From the IMG/VR virus record IMGVR_UViG_3300044712_000810, positions 186,001 to 250,000 of that record: DNA of 64,000 nt; one strand, written 5' to 3'. Both the position numbers and the translations under genes were made by a program. A model generated the notes under the pieces. It was not told where the DNA came from and did not search any database. It saw nothing but the letters and a program-made list of their open reading frames with translations. Of the stretch, positions 19,060 to 28,781 are shown piece by piece (the first letter of the stretch is position 1; each line of letters starts with the position of its first letter).

Positions 19060-19342
19060 TGTTTTAGTACCTCAGGTTGTAGTTTTAGACTTGTAATATT
19101 ATAAACCTAAAAAATCAAATTTGACAACTTCAAGACTTTGCTTTAAGTAATTTTTGATTTTTCTTACAATATAACATCATAAACAAAATCACGACAACCA
19201 ATGTGTAAATTTTTACAACCACGATGGTCAAAAATTAAATAAAACCCAGTCCCATGTGAAATAAAATATAATATAATGGGGAGTACTACTAGTATAGCAA
19301 TACTCCCATCATGACATACGAGTAAAGAGTATTAAAAAGTAC

Positions 19343-19672
19343 TTACTGATCGGACACTTTACCATATAATTGATGATCATCATGTTTATCTAGTAAATTA
19401 TTACTAGGTTTCTTTTTAGGGAACATAGGAAATACCTTATTGTGTTGTAAATATGCTGGTTTCTTACCTTCTAATTCTCTTTTCTTTTGTCTTGCTGCAG
19501 TTTCTCTTGCTTTTTGTTCATTATATGCTGCAAATCCTTTTTTAGCTGCAATAATGTGTGCAGATGTAACATCAACTCTTTTTGCTTTTTTAGCAATAGG
19601 ATGATTAGATGGATACACCATTTCATTTAATATAGTTTCTAAAATGGATAACATAATTATAAATAACCTCAC
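19343..19672 (-). CDS. Basic hypothetical protein
   Basis: Lys/Ala-rich ORF; true start probably MLSILE. Confidence 0.55.
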   Translation of the reverse strand: MRLFIIMLSILETILNEMVYPSNHPIAKKAKRVDVTSAHIIAAKKGFAAYNEQKARETAARQKKRELEGKKPAYLQHNKVFPMFPKKKPSNNLLDKHDDHQLYGKVSDQ

Positions 19673-19675
19673 TTT

Positions 19676-19969
19676 TTATATTTTAATACTTACATCATAT
19701 CCAGACATACACTGACTATTAACAAAGTCCAATACTGTTTTATAATTTTCATTCATTTTCATATGTTCTTTAATTAATATATCATCAGTATCTAATAACG
19801 ATAATTTAACTAACATTTTAGTAGATAAACTACCACGTGTAAAAGTAAATAATACATCGCTTTTAAAATAACCATACATAGTTAAAATTGTAATACCATG
19901 ATTTGTAATGAAGGCTTTGGCCGGAGATCTAAGTAATAAATCACATACGTGTTGTTCTAGTGTATTCAT
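19676..19969 (-). CDS. Small paralog, family B (MNxLE...KI)
   Basis: Starts MNTLEQHV, ends VSIKI. Confidence 0.75.
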   Translation of the reverse strand: MNTLEQHVCDLLLRSPAKAFITNHGITILTMYGYFKSDVLFTFTRGSLSTKMLVKLSLLDTDDILIKEHMKMNENYKTVLDFVNSQCMSGYDVSIKI

Positions 19970-20187
19970 ATCTTCACTATAAATGTAAAATTATGAAAAG
20001 TACAATAGTAACTACGTTTTACATTTATATCTAATTCACATGGATCAACTAAACTAATATGTATTCCACGAGATTTAAACACCAAACCAAATTTAGTTTT
20101 ATAATAATTAATAGTTGGAGTATATTTATAAAATTCAATCTCAGTAGATCTTAATAGTTGATACACGTGTCTTTCTAAAGCATTCAT
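19966..20187 (-). CDS. Small paralog, family B
   Basis: MNALERHV...KTKFG...IVKI. Confidence 0.75.
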   Translation of the reverse strand: MNALERHVYQLLRSTEIEFYKYTPTINYYKTKFGLVFKSRGIHISLVDPCELDINVKRSYYCTFHNFTFIVKI

Positions 20188-20450
20188 ATCTTTATTCTCA
20201 CTTGTCCTCCGTAGTCACGTATAAAGTCACTGAAATTATTATAAGACTTAAAGAAGTATTCTTGATTGAATAATGTAGTGGTTGCTACTAGAAGACAAAT
20301 AAGATCTCTATCAGTAGGCATTCTTTCTGCGTCAATTACAAAACTAAGATACTGCGTTTTTAAGACAGTACCATCTTCTGTAAAATACATTTGAAATGTA
20401 TTACCTTTTATTAATAACAGATTAAATACTTCTTGTTCTAATACATTCAT
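20184..20450 (-). CDS. Small paralog, family B
   Basis: MNVLEQEV...RIKI. Confidence 0.75.
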   Translation of the reverse strand: MNVLEQEVFNLLLIKGNTFQMYFTEDGTVLKTQYLSFVIDAERMPTDRDLICLLVATTTLFNQEYFFKSYNNFSDFIRDYGGQVRIKI

Positions 20451-20665
20451 ATCTTAACCTGAAATTGATTATTACTAATATCTTGTGTTATTATAGCAGA
20501 TGGATCTGCTTTAAATTCACCATTATAAGGAGTTATAGAATTATGTGTATGAGATGATTTAAATATACCAAGTCTAGTACGGTATATAGCATCATGTATT
20601 GTACAATAGTAATCAACAGTACTTCCAACTAATAAATCACGAACATATGTTTCTAAGATATTCAT
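20447..20665 (-). CDS. Small paralog, family B
   Basis: MNILETYV...RTRLG...QVKI. Confidence 0.75.
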   Translation of the reverse strand: MNILETYVRDLLVGSTVDYYCTIHDAIYRTRLGIFKSSHTHNSITPYNGEFKADPSAIITQDISNNQFQVKI

Positions 20666-20937
20666 ATCTTAAGATCCATATCACAAAGTTCATAACCAAA
20701 ATTAAATTGAAAATAATCAAATAACCCTGTCATGAGATATTGATGTGATACACCATGAGAAATATCATTAGGAATACTTTGACCGACATAAACAAATGTC
20801 ATACCATCTTTATTATTGACATATTCAACTTTGTATACACCATAATTGGTTTTAACAAAGGTACCTTTTTGACGTACATATAGTACTCCAGATGAATTAA
20901 GTATTTTATCTAAAACATACTGTTCTAAGATATTCAT
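20662..20937 (-). CDS. Small paralog, family B
   Basis: MNILEQYV...KTNYG...DLKI. Confidence 0.75.
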   Translation of the reverse strand: MNILEQYVLDKILNSSGVLYVRQKGTFVKTNYGVYKVEYVNNKDGMTFVYVGQSIPNDISHGVSHQYLMTGLFDYFQFNFGYELCDMDLKI

Positions 20938-21224
20938 AGTTTTATCACAAAATAAGCATTATCGAATGATGTTTTATTTACTTCTTCTGATTTAGGATCG
21001 AATCCTTTCTTATGAATAGTTAATGTAGTGAAAACATCATTGTTTGGAGGAGCATGTGTAAATGTACCTATTCTAGTATGATATACATATCTATCTGTTC
21101 CTGTATACACATCATAATACTTATACCATTCACATTCAATAAACTGCAATAAATGATATATATGACGTTCTAATGCATTCATTTTATAATAATAGTATTT
21201 GAATGTTTTATCTGTTGTTGTCAT
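20934..21224 (-). CDS. Small paralog, family B
   Basis: Internal MNALERHI (ATG at 21182) matches family start; ends VIKL. Confidence 0.7.
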   Translation of the reverse strand: MTTTDKTFKYYYYKMNALERHIYHLLQFIECEWYKYYDVYTGTDRYVYHTRIGTFTHAPPNNDVFTTLTIHKKGFDPKSEEVNKTSFDNAYFVIKL

Positions 21225-21484
21225 ATTTTTATTTCCGCTGTTTCATACATGGCTAACTCATTAAATAATCTATCGGTTTCATGTATTGACATTACGTTGG
21301 TTATTATAAGTTGATCACAATGATATGTTAATATATATCTAGATTTAGGATTAAGAGGATATTCTAATTTGAGATATCCAAGATCTTCAAAATCAAATAT
21401 AAAAGTATCAGTTCTTGCTATTCTGTATATTTCAGGCTTTATTGGGCCGAAGATCTCTTTAAGTGTGCGTTCAAGATAGTTCAT
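21221..21484 (-). CDS. Small paralog, family B
   Basis: MNYLERTLKEI...EIKI; close duplicate of next gene. Confidence 0.75.
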   Translation of the reverse strand: MNYLERTLKEIFGPIKPEIYRIARTDTFIFDFEDLGYLKLEYPLNPKSRYILTYHCDQLIITNVMSIHETDRLFNELAMYETAEIKI

Positions 21485-21732
21485 ATCTTAATTATCCACT
21501 GGTCGAATGTTTTATATTTACAACTTTGTTGTATTGTAGTTTGTCTTTCTAAGATTACACTGTTAGAATTAAATTCATAAGTATAACGAAATATATCATC
21601 TGAATTAGTATCAAGAAAAAGACATCCTAATTCTTTAAAATCGAGTATAAAAACATCGGCATCTTTATGTGCATAAACTATTGGAGATAAATTAGTAATA
21701 ATCTCTTTAAGTGTGCGCTCAAGGTAGTTCAT
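21481..21732 (-). CDS. Small paralog, family B
   Basis: MNYLERTLKEI...IIKI. Confidence 0.75.
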   Translation of the reverse strand: MNYLERTLKEIITNLSPIVYAHKDADVFILDFKELGCLFLDTNSDDIFRYTYEFNSNSVILERQTTIQQSCKYKTFDQWIIKI

Positions 21733-21995
21733 ATTACAATCTCTAGTGCGTGGAAGTTGATTCTCATGTCTCGTTGCCGATATTCAAGAAATTCATTCTC
21801 ATCTATATGATCGTCAACATATACTAATTGGGTGATAATTTCATATTTGCCATTCATCTTAAGTTTTCTTGGCAATCTATATCGAAAATACCCAATAGAT
21901 GAATGAAATCGATATGAATTGTCCTTTGTTTTAATTACATCACCAGTAGGATTATCTGCTAACATTTCATATAGTAGTTGTTCAAGATAATTCAT
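21729..21995 (-). CDS. Small paralog, family B
   Basis: MNYLEQLL...HSSIG...EIVI. Confidence 0.75.
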   Translation of the reverse strand: MNYLEQLLYEMLADNPTGDVIKTKDNSYRFHSSIGYFRYRLPRKLKMNGKYEIITQLVYVDDHIDENEFLEYRQRDMRINFHALEIVI

Positions 21996-22258
21996 ATGTA
22001 AATCTCAAAATGATTTGCAATCATTACTTGTCTAACATTTACTCTTGGTATCAATCTTATATGTTCTAAATCATTTTCCATAAAGAAATCTTCCATTGAT
22101 ACCTGTGTTAATTGAAGAATATGCGGTCGTATACGTTTATCAAACCAATAGTTACCTAACATTGATTTGACATAATACAAATTACCTGAATTGTAACACA
22201 TACATATTAATCGACCATTCATAAAAATATCATGAACGTATCGCTCTAAATGATTCAT
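21992..22258 (-). CDS. Small paralog, family B
   Basis: MNHLERYV...KSMLG...EIYI. Confidence 0.75.
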   Translation of the reverse strand: MNHLERYVHDIFMNGRLICMCYNSGNLYYVKSMLGNYWFDKRIRPHILQLTQVSMEDFFMENDLEHIRLIPRVNVRQVMIANHFEIYI

Positions 22259-22485
22259 TGATCGCTACAACACTCCTTGTATTTACATGTAACGCACCAG
22301 TCACAATTATTTAACGGTTGACCAAAACACGGAGTATAACCTTCGCTAACTTGTTTAGCACGGATTTTATTTGCTAACATGTTTATCATACAACCATGAC
22401 AAAGTCCATGTGATATTAATTCATCATCATGTTCTTTATTCCCATCTGACCACGTTTTATGACATGAAATACATTCAGTAATCAC
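22255..22485 (-). CDS. Cys-rich putative metal-binding protein
   Basis: CISC, SHGLCHGC, CFG..C..C..C..CC; GGAGG SD before GTG. Confidence 0.6.
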   Translation of the reverse strand: MITECISCHKTWSDGNKEHDDELISHGLCHGCMINMLANKIRAKQVSEGYTPCFGQPLNNCDWCVTCKYKECCSDQ

Positions 22486-22552
22486 TGACGCCTCCGTAAA
22501 AATATTTAGTATTGGGCGAAGATCTTAAACTAAAACCTCCGCCCAATATTAT

Positions 22553-22975
22553 TTACTCAACTATGAATTGGTATCCTGAATCAGACTGAGATTTATGATA
22601 TTTATCGTATGCTTTCAAACAGACCATACGAGGTGATGTCTTTTTGAATGCGACAGTATAAACTGCGCACTTCTCATCATCGAGTTGTTCGATTTCCTCA
22701 TAAGCCATGCCGATATTTGTAATATCCCATGATTCATCAAGATCCATGAGTTCACGAGCCATTTCACCGTAGTACTCATCTTCCTGCGTTTCATCATGTC
22801 CATTAAGGACAAGTTCAACAATCTTCTCTTGTGTCAAATCAAAAATATGAAATGCCATACAACTTGGATCACATTTTCTGTCGATCATGCAACATGCACG
22901 AAGTTCTGCATCTTCAGTTGTTACGCCTTTTCCAATAGGCATTTCCATAAAATCACGAAACGTCTTAATTTCCAT
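22553..22975 (-). CDS. Acidic hypothetical protein
   Basis: Start reassigned to MEIKTF behind GGGAG; CC..C..CMAF motif. Confidence 0.7.
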   Translation of the reverse strand: MEIKTFRDFMEMPIGKGVTTEDAELRACCMIDRKCDPSCMAFHIFDLTQEKIVELVLNGHDETQEDEYYGEMARELMDLDESWDITNIGMAYEEIEQLDDEKCAVYTVAFKKTSPRMVCLKAYDKYHKSQSDSGYQFIVE

Positions 22976-23012
22976 GTGTTCTCCCAAGTAAAAAGTTAGT
23001 GTTTCGTGTATT

Positions 23013-23070
23013 ATTTCTATATAAATGTAATGAAAATAAAATTTTATATTCATTTTTCTCATATAGAAAT
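23013..23070. promoter_or_regulatory. Divergent pair of ATATAGAAAT motifs
   Basis: Minus copy 23013-23022 and plus copy 23061-23070 at a strand switch. Confidence 0.65.
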
Positions 23071-23120
23071 ATATATGTATACCCAACTAGATTGGGATAA
23101 CTCATAATGGAGGCATCATT

Positions 23121-23210
23121 ATGGAAACAATCATCGTGATCATTACGGTCACTGTGATAGAGGCAGTTGAAGAAGTTAAAACCTTCATCAGGAGTCTTTT
23201 GCCATGGTGA
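23121..23210 (+). CDS. Small 29-aa protein (not in ORF track)
   Basis: GGAGG SD; METIIVIITVTVIEAVEEVKTFIRSLLPW. Confidence 0.45.
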   Translation: METIIVIITVTVIEAVEEVKTFIRSLLPW

Positions 23211-23413
23211 TCAGGTTAGTAAAAAAACATTTTCAAGTAGTATTGAATCTCATGGCTTACAATCTAACAATTAACAAAGAACTGGTTGTAATCCCAAGAC
23301 AACTTGGGTTAACACCGGAAGTTGAAATGTCAGATCGTGACGATTACCCATATCGGGCAATCATTGGTGGAAAAACTCTGCTATTCAATGCAGAAGGAGA
23401 GATATCAGCATGA
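23204..23413 (+). CDS. Hypothetical protein
   Basis: AGGAG SD, coupled to next gene. Confidence 0.65.
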   Translation: MVIRLVKKHFQVVLNLMAYNLTINKELVVIPRQLGLTPEVEMSDRDDYPYRAIIGGKTLLFNAEGEISA

Positions 23414-23613
23414 CAGATGAACAAATTGTGAGTTATATATCAATGGCCGTCTTCATAGGCAGCATGATAATAACTCTGGGTATTGCGTACACGGTCGTAA
23501 GACTTGTGCGTAAAGGTGCTGCTCCTGTGGTCTTCTATGAAGACCCAGAGGAATACAAATTCGCATCCTTGAACTTCCCCAATGGGAATGTCAAGGTGGT
23601 GGGCAAACTATAA
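23410..23613 (+). CDS. Small membrane protein
   Basis: N-terminal TM segment; AAGGAG SD. Confidence 0.7.
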   Translation: MTDEQIVSYISMAVFIGSMIITLGIAYTVVRLVRKGAAPVVFYEDPEEYKFASLNFPNGNVKVVGKL

Positions 23614-23616
23614 CCC

Positions 23617-23648
23617 AGCTCGGCCCTTCGGGGCCGCGCTTCTTGTTT
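23617..23648 (+). terminator. Rho-independent terminator
   Basis: CGGCCC-TTCG-GGGCCG then T-rich tract. Confidence 0.7.
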
Positions 23649-23665
23649 GTATATTTAATTAATAC

Positions 23666-23675
23666 ATATAGAAAT
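23666..23675 (+). promoter_or_regulatory. Putative phage promoter motif ATATAGAAAT
   Basis: 8 nt upstream of ATG 23684. Confidence 0.6.
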
Positions 23676-23683
23676 ATTGACGT

Positions 23684-24094
23684 ATGAAACAATATACACG
23701 CGGTTACTTGCATAATCTTTTAAGACAAATTATGTTGAGCAGATATAATAGAATGCGAAAACATTTACGAGAACTTGTTTTTGATTTAACAACCATAAAT
23801 ATAATTTATGAAATGTTTAAATTAAAAGACTGTAGTATAATTCGTCAACCTGAATGGTTTTATTTTGTACAACTCGGTAAGAAACATCAAACAGAAAGAA
23901 GTGAACTATTTATACGTTTAATTGATGGTAAACATGTAACTATATTTGGAAGAACATATTGTCATGATGGTGATTATGACATTAAAGTAACTGATAAAAC
24001 ATATAAAATTGATTTTATTGATTTTGTATTGAGAATTTATACACCCGAGGAAGTTTACATTAAACTACTTAAACTACAATTGGAGTTTGTATGA
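23684..24094 (+). CDS. Hypothetical protein with shared C-terminal tag
   Basis: Ends LLKLQLEFV. Confidence 0.7.
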   Translation: MKQYTRGYLHNLLRQIMLSRYNRMRKHLRELVFDLTTINIIYEMFKLKDCSIIRQPEWFYFVQLGKKHQTERSELFIRLIDGKHVTIFGRTYCHDGDYDIKVTDKTYKIDFIDFVLRIYTPEEVYIKLLKLQLEFV

Positions 24095-24264
24095 CCGAGG
24101 CACGGCAAGAATTAATCAAATTATATAAGGAAGTAATCTCACCTGATTGTGCTGTTGATGATAAAATCCTCGACAACTTAATCAGTACAGTATGTAAAGA
24201 AAAGAATATAAGTGATGAACAATTGCGTGAAGAACTTATAAAGGATGCTATTATAAATTTATGA
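24091..24264 (+). CDS. 57-aa protein with shared C-terminal tag (not in ORF track)
   Basis: ATGA overlaps at both ends; ends DEQLREELIKDAIINL. Confidence 0.7.
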   Translation: MTEARQELIKLYKEVISPDCAVDDKILDNLISTVCKEKNISDEQLREELIKDAIINL

Positions 24265-24545
24265 GTGAATTTGATAAGGTCAAAGATTTTGTTTATGAGA
24301 CCTTTACCTTATTCACACATGACGAATTTAATACATTTATTAAAAATATAACAGGTCTTAATAATAGATTTGAAGTAATAGATAATGGATCATATATGTT
24401 CTGTTACTTCGATATACAAGTTGGGAATCATAATATTCCCAGTGTACCTGTTGGTGTGCCTATTAGTGAATTACACAACGTTGCAAACAAATCATGGGAG
24501 ACAATATACCATGAACTACTCAAATATAGAATTAATATGTTATGA
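24261..24545 (+). CDS. Hypothetical protein with shared C-terminal tag
   Basis: Ends ELLKYRINML. Confidence 0.7.
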   Translation: MSEFDKVKDFVYETFTLFTHDEFNTFIKNITGLNNRFEVIDNGSYMFCYFDIQVGNHNIPSVPVGVPISELHNVANKSWETIYHELLKYRINML

Positions 24546-25057
24546 CAAGTGAACAAGAAATTAATGACATTTTAAATGCATTATTAAATACTATTATAGA
24601 AAAACAAGAACAAGTAATGAAAAATGCAATCATAGGAAGATCAAATAGATATAGTGCTATGAATAGTTTTGTTGATGATAATGATATACTTGATAAAATG
24701 AGGCCACAAGAAGCATATGAATTTAGTAATAGTGTAATGTCCAATTCTATTGAAGAATTATATAACATAGTTAAAGACATTATATTATCTTATAATATAT
24801 TTAAAATAATCAAACTTGCTAATGTTACAAGATATTATTCTAAAAACTATCCAACGAGACAAATATCATTTGATCGATCACAAGTTGGTGAAACACATGC
24901 CGAAAGTGGTAATTTATTACAAATATTTGTACAGTATGCACCAAAGATAAATGTTAGAAACAATATATATTCAATATATGAATTTCTTGAACTTGAAAAA
25001 ATAGATATTGATGATTTCAAATTAAAAATTCAAAAACTAATACTGAGTGGCGTATGA
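24542..25057 (+). CDS. Hypothetical protein with shared C-terminal tag
   Basis: Ends DDFKLKIQKLILSGV. Confidence 0.7.
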   Translation: MTSEQEINDILNALLNTIIEKQEQVMKNAIIGRSNRYSAMNSFVDDNDILDKMRPQEAYEFSNSVMSNSIEELYNIVKDIILSYNIFKIIKLANVTRYYSKNYPTRQISFDRSQVGETHAESGNLLQIFVQYAPKINVRNNIYSIYEFLELEKIDIDDFKLKIQKLILSGV

Positions 25058-25362
25058 CCACAATCGATCACGTCAAATGGTATTATTACAGAGTATTTCA
25101 TGATTATAATATTTATAATCCTGAAAATGGAATGAGTGATTGGCAAGATAATGTTATTACAACATTTGAAAATATATGCAATAAATATATGAAGCCTGAA
25201 ATACAAAATGTTAAATATAATAAACAAACACGTGAAATTACATTTAATAAAGATGGTCAAAAGATATTTACATCACCATTAAATTTCATGGTCAATATAC
25301 TTAACATCCCATTGGATGAATTATGTACAGAGTTTGCAAAACTTGAATTGGAGTATTTATGA
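25054..25362 (+). CDS. Hypothetical protein with shared C-terminal tag
   Basis: Ends EFAKLELEYL. Confidence 0.7.
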   Translation: MTTIDHVKWYYYRVFHDYNIYNPENGMSDWQDNVITTFENICNKYMKPEIQNVKYNKQTREITFNKDGQKIFTSPLNFMVNILNIPLDELCTEFAKLELEYL

Positions 25363-25793
25363 TTACTTTCGACAACTGTCAAGAAGCTTATAAAACATTA
25401 TTGATAACTGTCGGAAGGAATCATAATGCAAGTAAAGATCCAACTAAACATGTGCCACCAACTGATAGATTATCTGGTGTTTTCGCCGAAGAGTTCTTTG
25501 AATATTTTAAATCAAGAGAAGATTCAGTCGCTATAGAGTTTATTGATTATGGATACTATATTCATAAACGATTAAGGACACTAACACAACAATTTGATTT
25601 CCTTGGATATACAAATCCAGATTTTAAAGAAACTTATGGGGCTGATCTTTCAATACTCACAACAGATGCTTTTGCATTAAATGTAAGACATTCTGAATTA
25701 TATGATTTGTTAGAGTATATGAATATAAAACTACAGATGTCAAATGATGAAATGTATAATCATTTAATCAAGATGACACTTAATCTTTTATGA
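25359..25793 (+). CDS. Hypothetical protein with shared C-terminal tag
   Basis: Ends HLIKMTLNLL. Confidence 0.7.
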   Translation: MITFDNCQEAYKTLLITVGRNHNASKDPTKHVPPTDRLSGVFAEEFFEYFKSREDSVAIEFIDYGYYIHKRLRTLTQQFDFLGYTNPDFKETYGADLSILTTDAFALNVRHSELYDLLEYMNIKLQMSNDEMYNHLIKMTLNLL

Positions 25794-25794
25794 G

Positions 25795-25818
25795 TTTGGG
25801 GGACAAACGTCCCCCAAA
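25795..25818. terminator. Hairpin between convergent operons
   Basis: TTTGGGGGAC-AAAC-GTCCCCCAAA. Confidence 0.65.
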
Positions 25819-25824
25819 CAATTT

Positions 25825-26187
25825 TTATTTCCAATCTAATCCATCGATTGGTGGATTTTCTTTTTTTAATCTTTCTATTTCATCTAATTCTGATTGAACA
25901 TCATCCCAACTTTCAGGTAATCTTATTAAATGTGTTCTGGCTTGTACATTATATGAAGGTACTGTTTCTTCTGGATAGTAATTATCTTCTGCGTCTGAAT
26001 ATTCTTCAATTATTTGTTCCGGCACATTATATGCTGGATATTCAACAACAACTGATGGAAAAGCAGACACATTTGGATATTGTTCCATACAATTGGGATA
26101 TACCAATACTTGTGCACCTTTAATAACTGCATACTGTTCAACAAACTCTCTTGAATATTTATCATATGGATTATGTAGTATTATCAT
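25825..26187 (-). CDS. Hypothetical protein, last gene of tail module
   Basis: Acidic 120-aa ORF co-oriented with tail genes. Confidence 0.65.
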   Translation of the reverse strand: MIILHNPYDKYSREFVEQYAVIKGAQVLVYPNCMEQYPNVSAFPSVVVEYPAYNVPEQIIEEYSDAEDNYYPEETVPSYNVQARTHLIRLPESWDDVQSELDEIERLKKENPPIDGLDWK

Positions 26188-26188
26188 A

Positions 26189-27214
26189 TTATATCACCAC
26201 TTTTTGAACTCGAATATTACCAGCACCACCATTACCACCGGTAAAGTACCAATTATATCCTTGTGAATTACAGGAACTAGCGCCACCAGAACCACCATTT
26301 GCTCTTATTGTTCCAGAATTTGTATAATTACCAGTATATAATAGTGTAATACCACCGCCACCAGAACCACCACCGCCAGCAGATCTATGACCACCACATG
26401 CTGATCCACCAGGTGATCCATCAGATATAATAGCACCAGTTGATCCAATTATAATATTTCCATAAACAACAAAAATTAATGCGCCACCAGTTCCAGAACT
26501 TCCTGTGTATCCAGTTCCCATAGGTCCTGAATATGGTGAACCTCCTGGGTTACCAGCACCACCACCACAAGCATTTGCTCCAGCTGTTCCAGAACCCGCA
26601 TCGTTACCATTACCACCAGCACCACCATTAGCTACACCAGCACTACCAGAACATGAAGATGCTGGCCATCCTCTCCATGCACATTCCCAACCAGATGCTC
26701 CTCCACCAGATCCGCCAGAATAAATAGTTCCAGCCGAACCATTACCACCGGCATTTCCAATTCCACCACCGTTACCACCACCACCGCATAATCCAGTGTT
26801 AGTCGCAGCAGCGTAACCATGTGTATACCATGTTCCACCGGCTCCAGCACTAGTACTTAACCATTGTATATCACATGTTGAAACATCAGTTTGATGTAAC
26901 ATTTCTAATGTTTTAAGTTTTAATCCTCTATTAGTCCCAGTAGCTCTTGCGCCTCTAGCACTCATATTAATTACACCATTAACAACCAGATCACCTCTAC
27001 AAAATATATGTAGACCTTTACATCTATTAGATGTTGTAAGTGTAACACCTGAATTAACTGTAATACCATCATAATATAATTCAACTGGTGCACCATCTAA
27101 TGTCGATGTTAATGTTGTATTTGTTGTATATGTAATCTTTGGTAAAAATGTTTTATTTAACCATGGTTTTCTAATACTTGATGCTTTTTGCATAAATAAT
27201 GTTGTACTTGGCAT
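26189..27214 (-). CDS. Glycine-rich virion (tail-associated) protein
   Basis: Extensive GGGG/G.AG repeats, GGGGSGGG, ending GNIRVQKV. Confidence 0.7.
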   Translation of the reverse strand: MPSTTLFMQKASSIRKPWLNKTFLPKITYTTNTTLTSTLDGAPVELYYDGITVNSGVTLTTSNRCKGLHIFCRGDLVVNGVINMSARGARATGTNRGLKLKTLEMLHQTDVSTCDIQWLSTSAGAGGTWYTHGYAAATNTGLCGGGGNGGGIGNAGGNGSAGTIYSGGSGGGASGWECAWRGWPASSCSGSAGVANGGAGGNGNDAGSGTAGANACGGGAGNPGGSPYSGPMGTGYTGSSGTGGALIFVVYGNIIIGSTGAIISDGSPGGSACGGHRSAGGGGSGGGGITLLYTGNYTNSGTIRANGGSGGASSCNSQGYNWYFTGGNGGAGNIRVQKVVI

Positions 27215-27223
27215 AATATCACC

Positions 27224-27961
27224 TTACTTAAGATCAAGTCCTGCTGCAAATCCGTATATGTTTTGTCCACCATCATCAGAAACAAATACTAAACGATCTA
27301 TTCCAGCAGTAGTTAACGTTGGTTTTGTTCCACCACCCCATTTTACATTGGGTGACCAAGTAACAGTATATGCTCCACCATTAGCCATACTTAATACAAC
27401 AGATGCAGATTGTCCTTGTGAAGCACTTGGAAATCCACTAAAACTTATAGTACATGCACCGCCAATTGTTACCAATTGAACTACACCTTTTGTAATATCA
27501 ACTGTAAAACTTGATGTTTTTGTATTATTATTAAATACAGTTTCAGTATATTGTGTAAAACGTTGATTTAAAAATCCAGCAGAATCACTCATTGCAAATA
27601 TTAATGCTTTACCAGATGTTGGTTCAGAGAAGTTTAAAATAATACTATCATTATTAGAAAATGTTATAGTTGAAGGGAAGTTAATATCACCTTCTTCATC
27701 ATATACTACAACAATTAAATCTTGTGAGTTCAACCCGTGAACAATTGACCACGTGGATGTAACTGCTGTTTGAACATGTTTATAATGTTGATTTTCTCTA
27801 GTTAATGGACGCCATGCTTGGACTCCTTCTACTTCTGTCCAAATATATAAAACGCCGCCAACTAATGCGAATTGCCCAACAGTGGGTGAAGTCGGAAAAG
27901 TATCATTATCATTTTTGAGGATTAGTTTTCCTCTACATGTAAAATCTGCAAGAGCTTTCAT
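27224..27961 (-). CDS. Tail-fibre-related structural protein
   Basis: W.I.H.L motif; C-terminal VTW...VKW.GGTKPTLT..GIDRLVF..DGG domain; N-terminus paralogous to 39952..41727. Confidence 0.7.
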   Translation of the reverse strand: MKALADFTCRGKLILKNDNDTFPTSPTVGQFALVGGVLYIWTEVEGVQAWRPLTRENQHYKHVQTAVTSTWSIVHGLNSQDLIVVVYDEEGDINFPSTITFSNNDSIILNFSEPTSGKALIFAMSDSAGFLNQRFTQYTETVFNNNTKTSSFTVDITKGVVQLVTIGGACTISFSGFPSASQGQSASVVLSMANGGAYTVTWSPNVKWGGGTKPTLTTAGIDRLVFVSDDGGQNIYGFAAGLDLK

Positions 27962-28010
27962 TCATATCTCCTAAATTTAAAAAATAGGGGGATTTCTCCC
28001 CCACTCGACA

Positions 28011-28781
28011 TTATATTTCTAGTTTGAATCTAGATATATATTTTCTTGTTTGTGCAATAATATTAATACATTTATTATGATTATTAATAAAATAAATATC
28101 TTTTATATGTCCTTCTGGAATTGTATCAATATCATATTTTTTACCATATTGAATGTAATTAATAATATCAATTTGTTCAGGTATTGCACCAACAATTTTG
28201 TTCAGTGCAGATTCAGATAAAGTTGATACTGGATTGTTTGGTGTTAAGCTTAATGAATTCATAAATGTTTCATACCATTTAGAGAAGAATTTATCTTTTC
28301 TAAATGCACAAACAAATGAACTATCACATGCGGGTTGTTCTTTCCACCAATATGATGCGATTTTAGCAATTTTATTATATCCTGGTGACATTAATAATAA
28401 AGATGGTTCTTTAATTAATGTCATATCAAGATCTATATGAATTAATAAATCTTCTGTTAAATTATTATCAGCCCAAGCCATGACCAATGGTTTATTAAAG
28501 ATAGGATATTTAAAATTATCACTTGTAGATATTAATTCGGGAACTTCCATATATGTTACATTAAGTTCAGATAATTTTGCTTGTTGTTCATCGGTTAATG
28601 TATAACTAGATGGACATATAGCATAAATTGGAATATTTCTAAGTTCTCCAGCAAGTGATCTCCATGCAGTAAAACATACGATTGCATCTGATAACATTGG
28701 TGAATGTGGATTTTTTATACCATTTTCATCAACTATTGGTCTATTATAATTTTCAATAATTGTAACTAATGCTGGATTCAT
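28011..28781 (-). CDS. Putative glycosyltransferase (GT-A/GT8-like)
   Basis: FNKP..., LIHIDLDM (DxD) motif, ESAL. Confidence 0.5.
   Translation of the reverse strand: MNPALVTIIENYNRPIVDENGIKNPHSPMLSDAIVCFTAWRSLAGELRNIPIYAICPSSYTLTDEQQAKLSELNVTYMEVPELISTSDNFKYPIFNKPLVMAWADNNLTEDLLIHIDLDMTLIKEPSLLLMSPGYNKIAKIASYWWKEQPACDSSFVCAFRKDKFFSKWYETFMNSLSLTPNNPVSTLSESALNKIVGAIPEQIDIINYIQYGKKYDIDTIPEGHIKDIYFINNHNKCINIIAQTRKYISRFKLEI

Noticed and set aside
19080-19340. Intergenic gap with short repeats (ACAACCA twice) and a hairpin at about 19277-19309 as a possible origin or RNA
   Set aside because: Signals too weak; consistent with an ordinary terminator/promoter region.
11388-22258. Integron cassette array
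   Set aside because: Genes overlap with no intergenic attC-like palindromes, and no integrase is present in the window.
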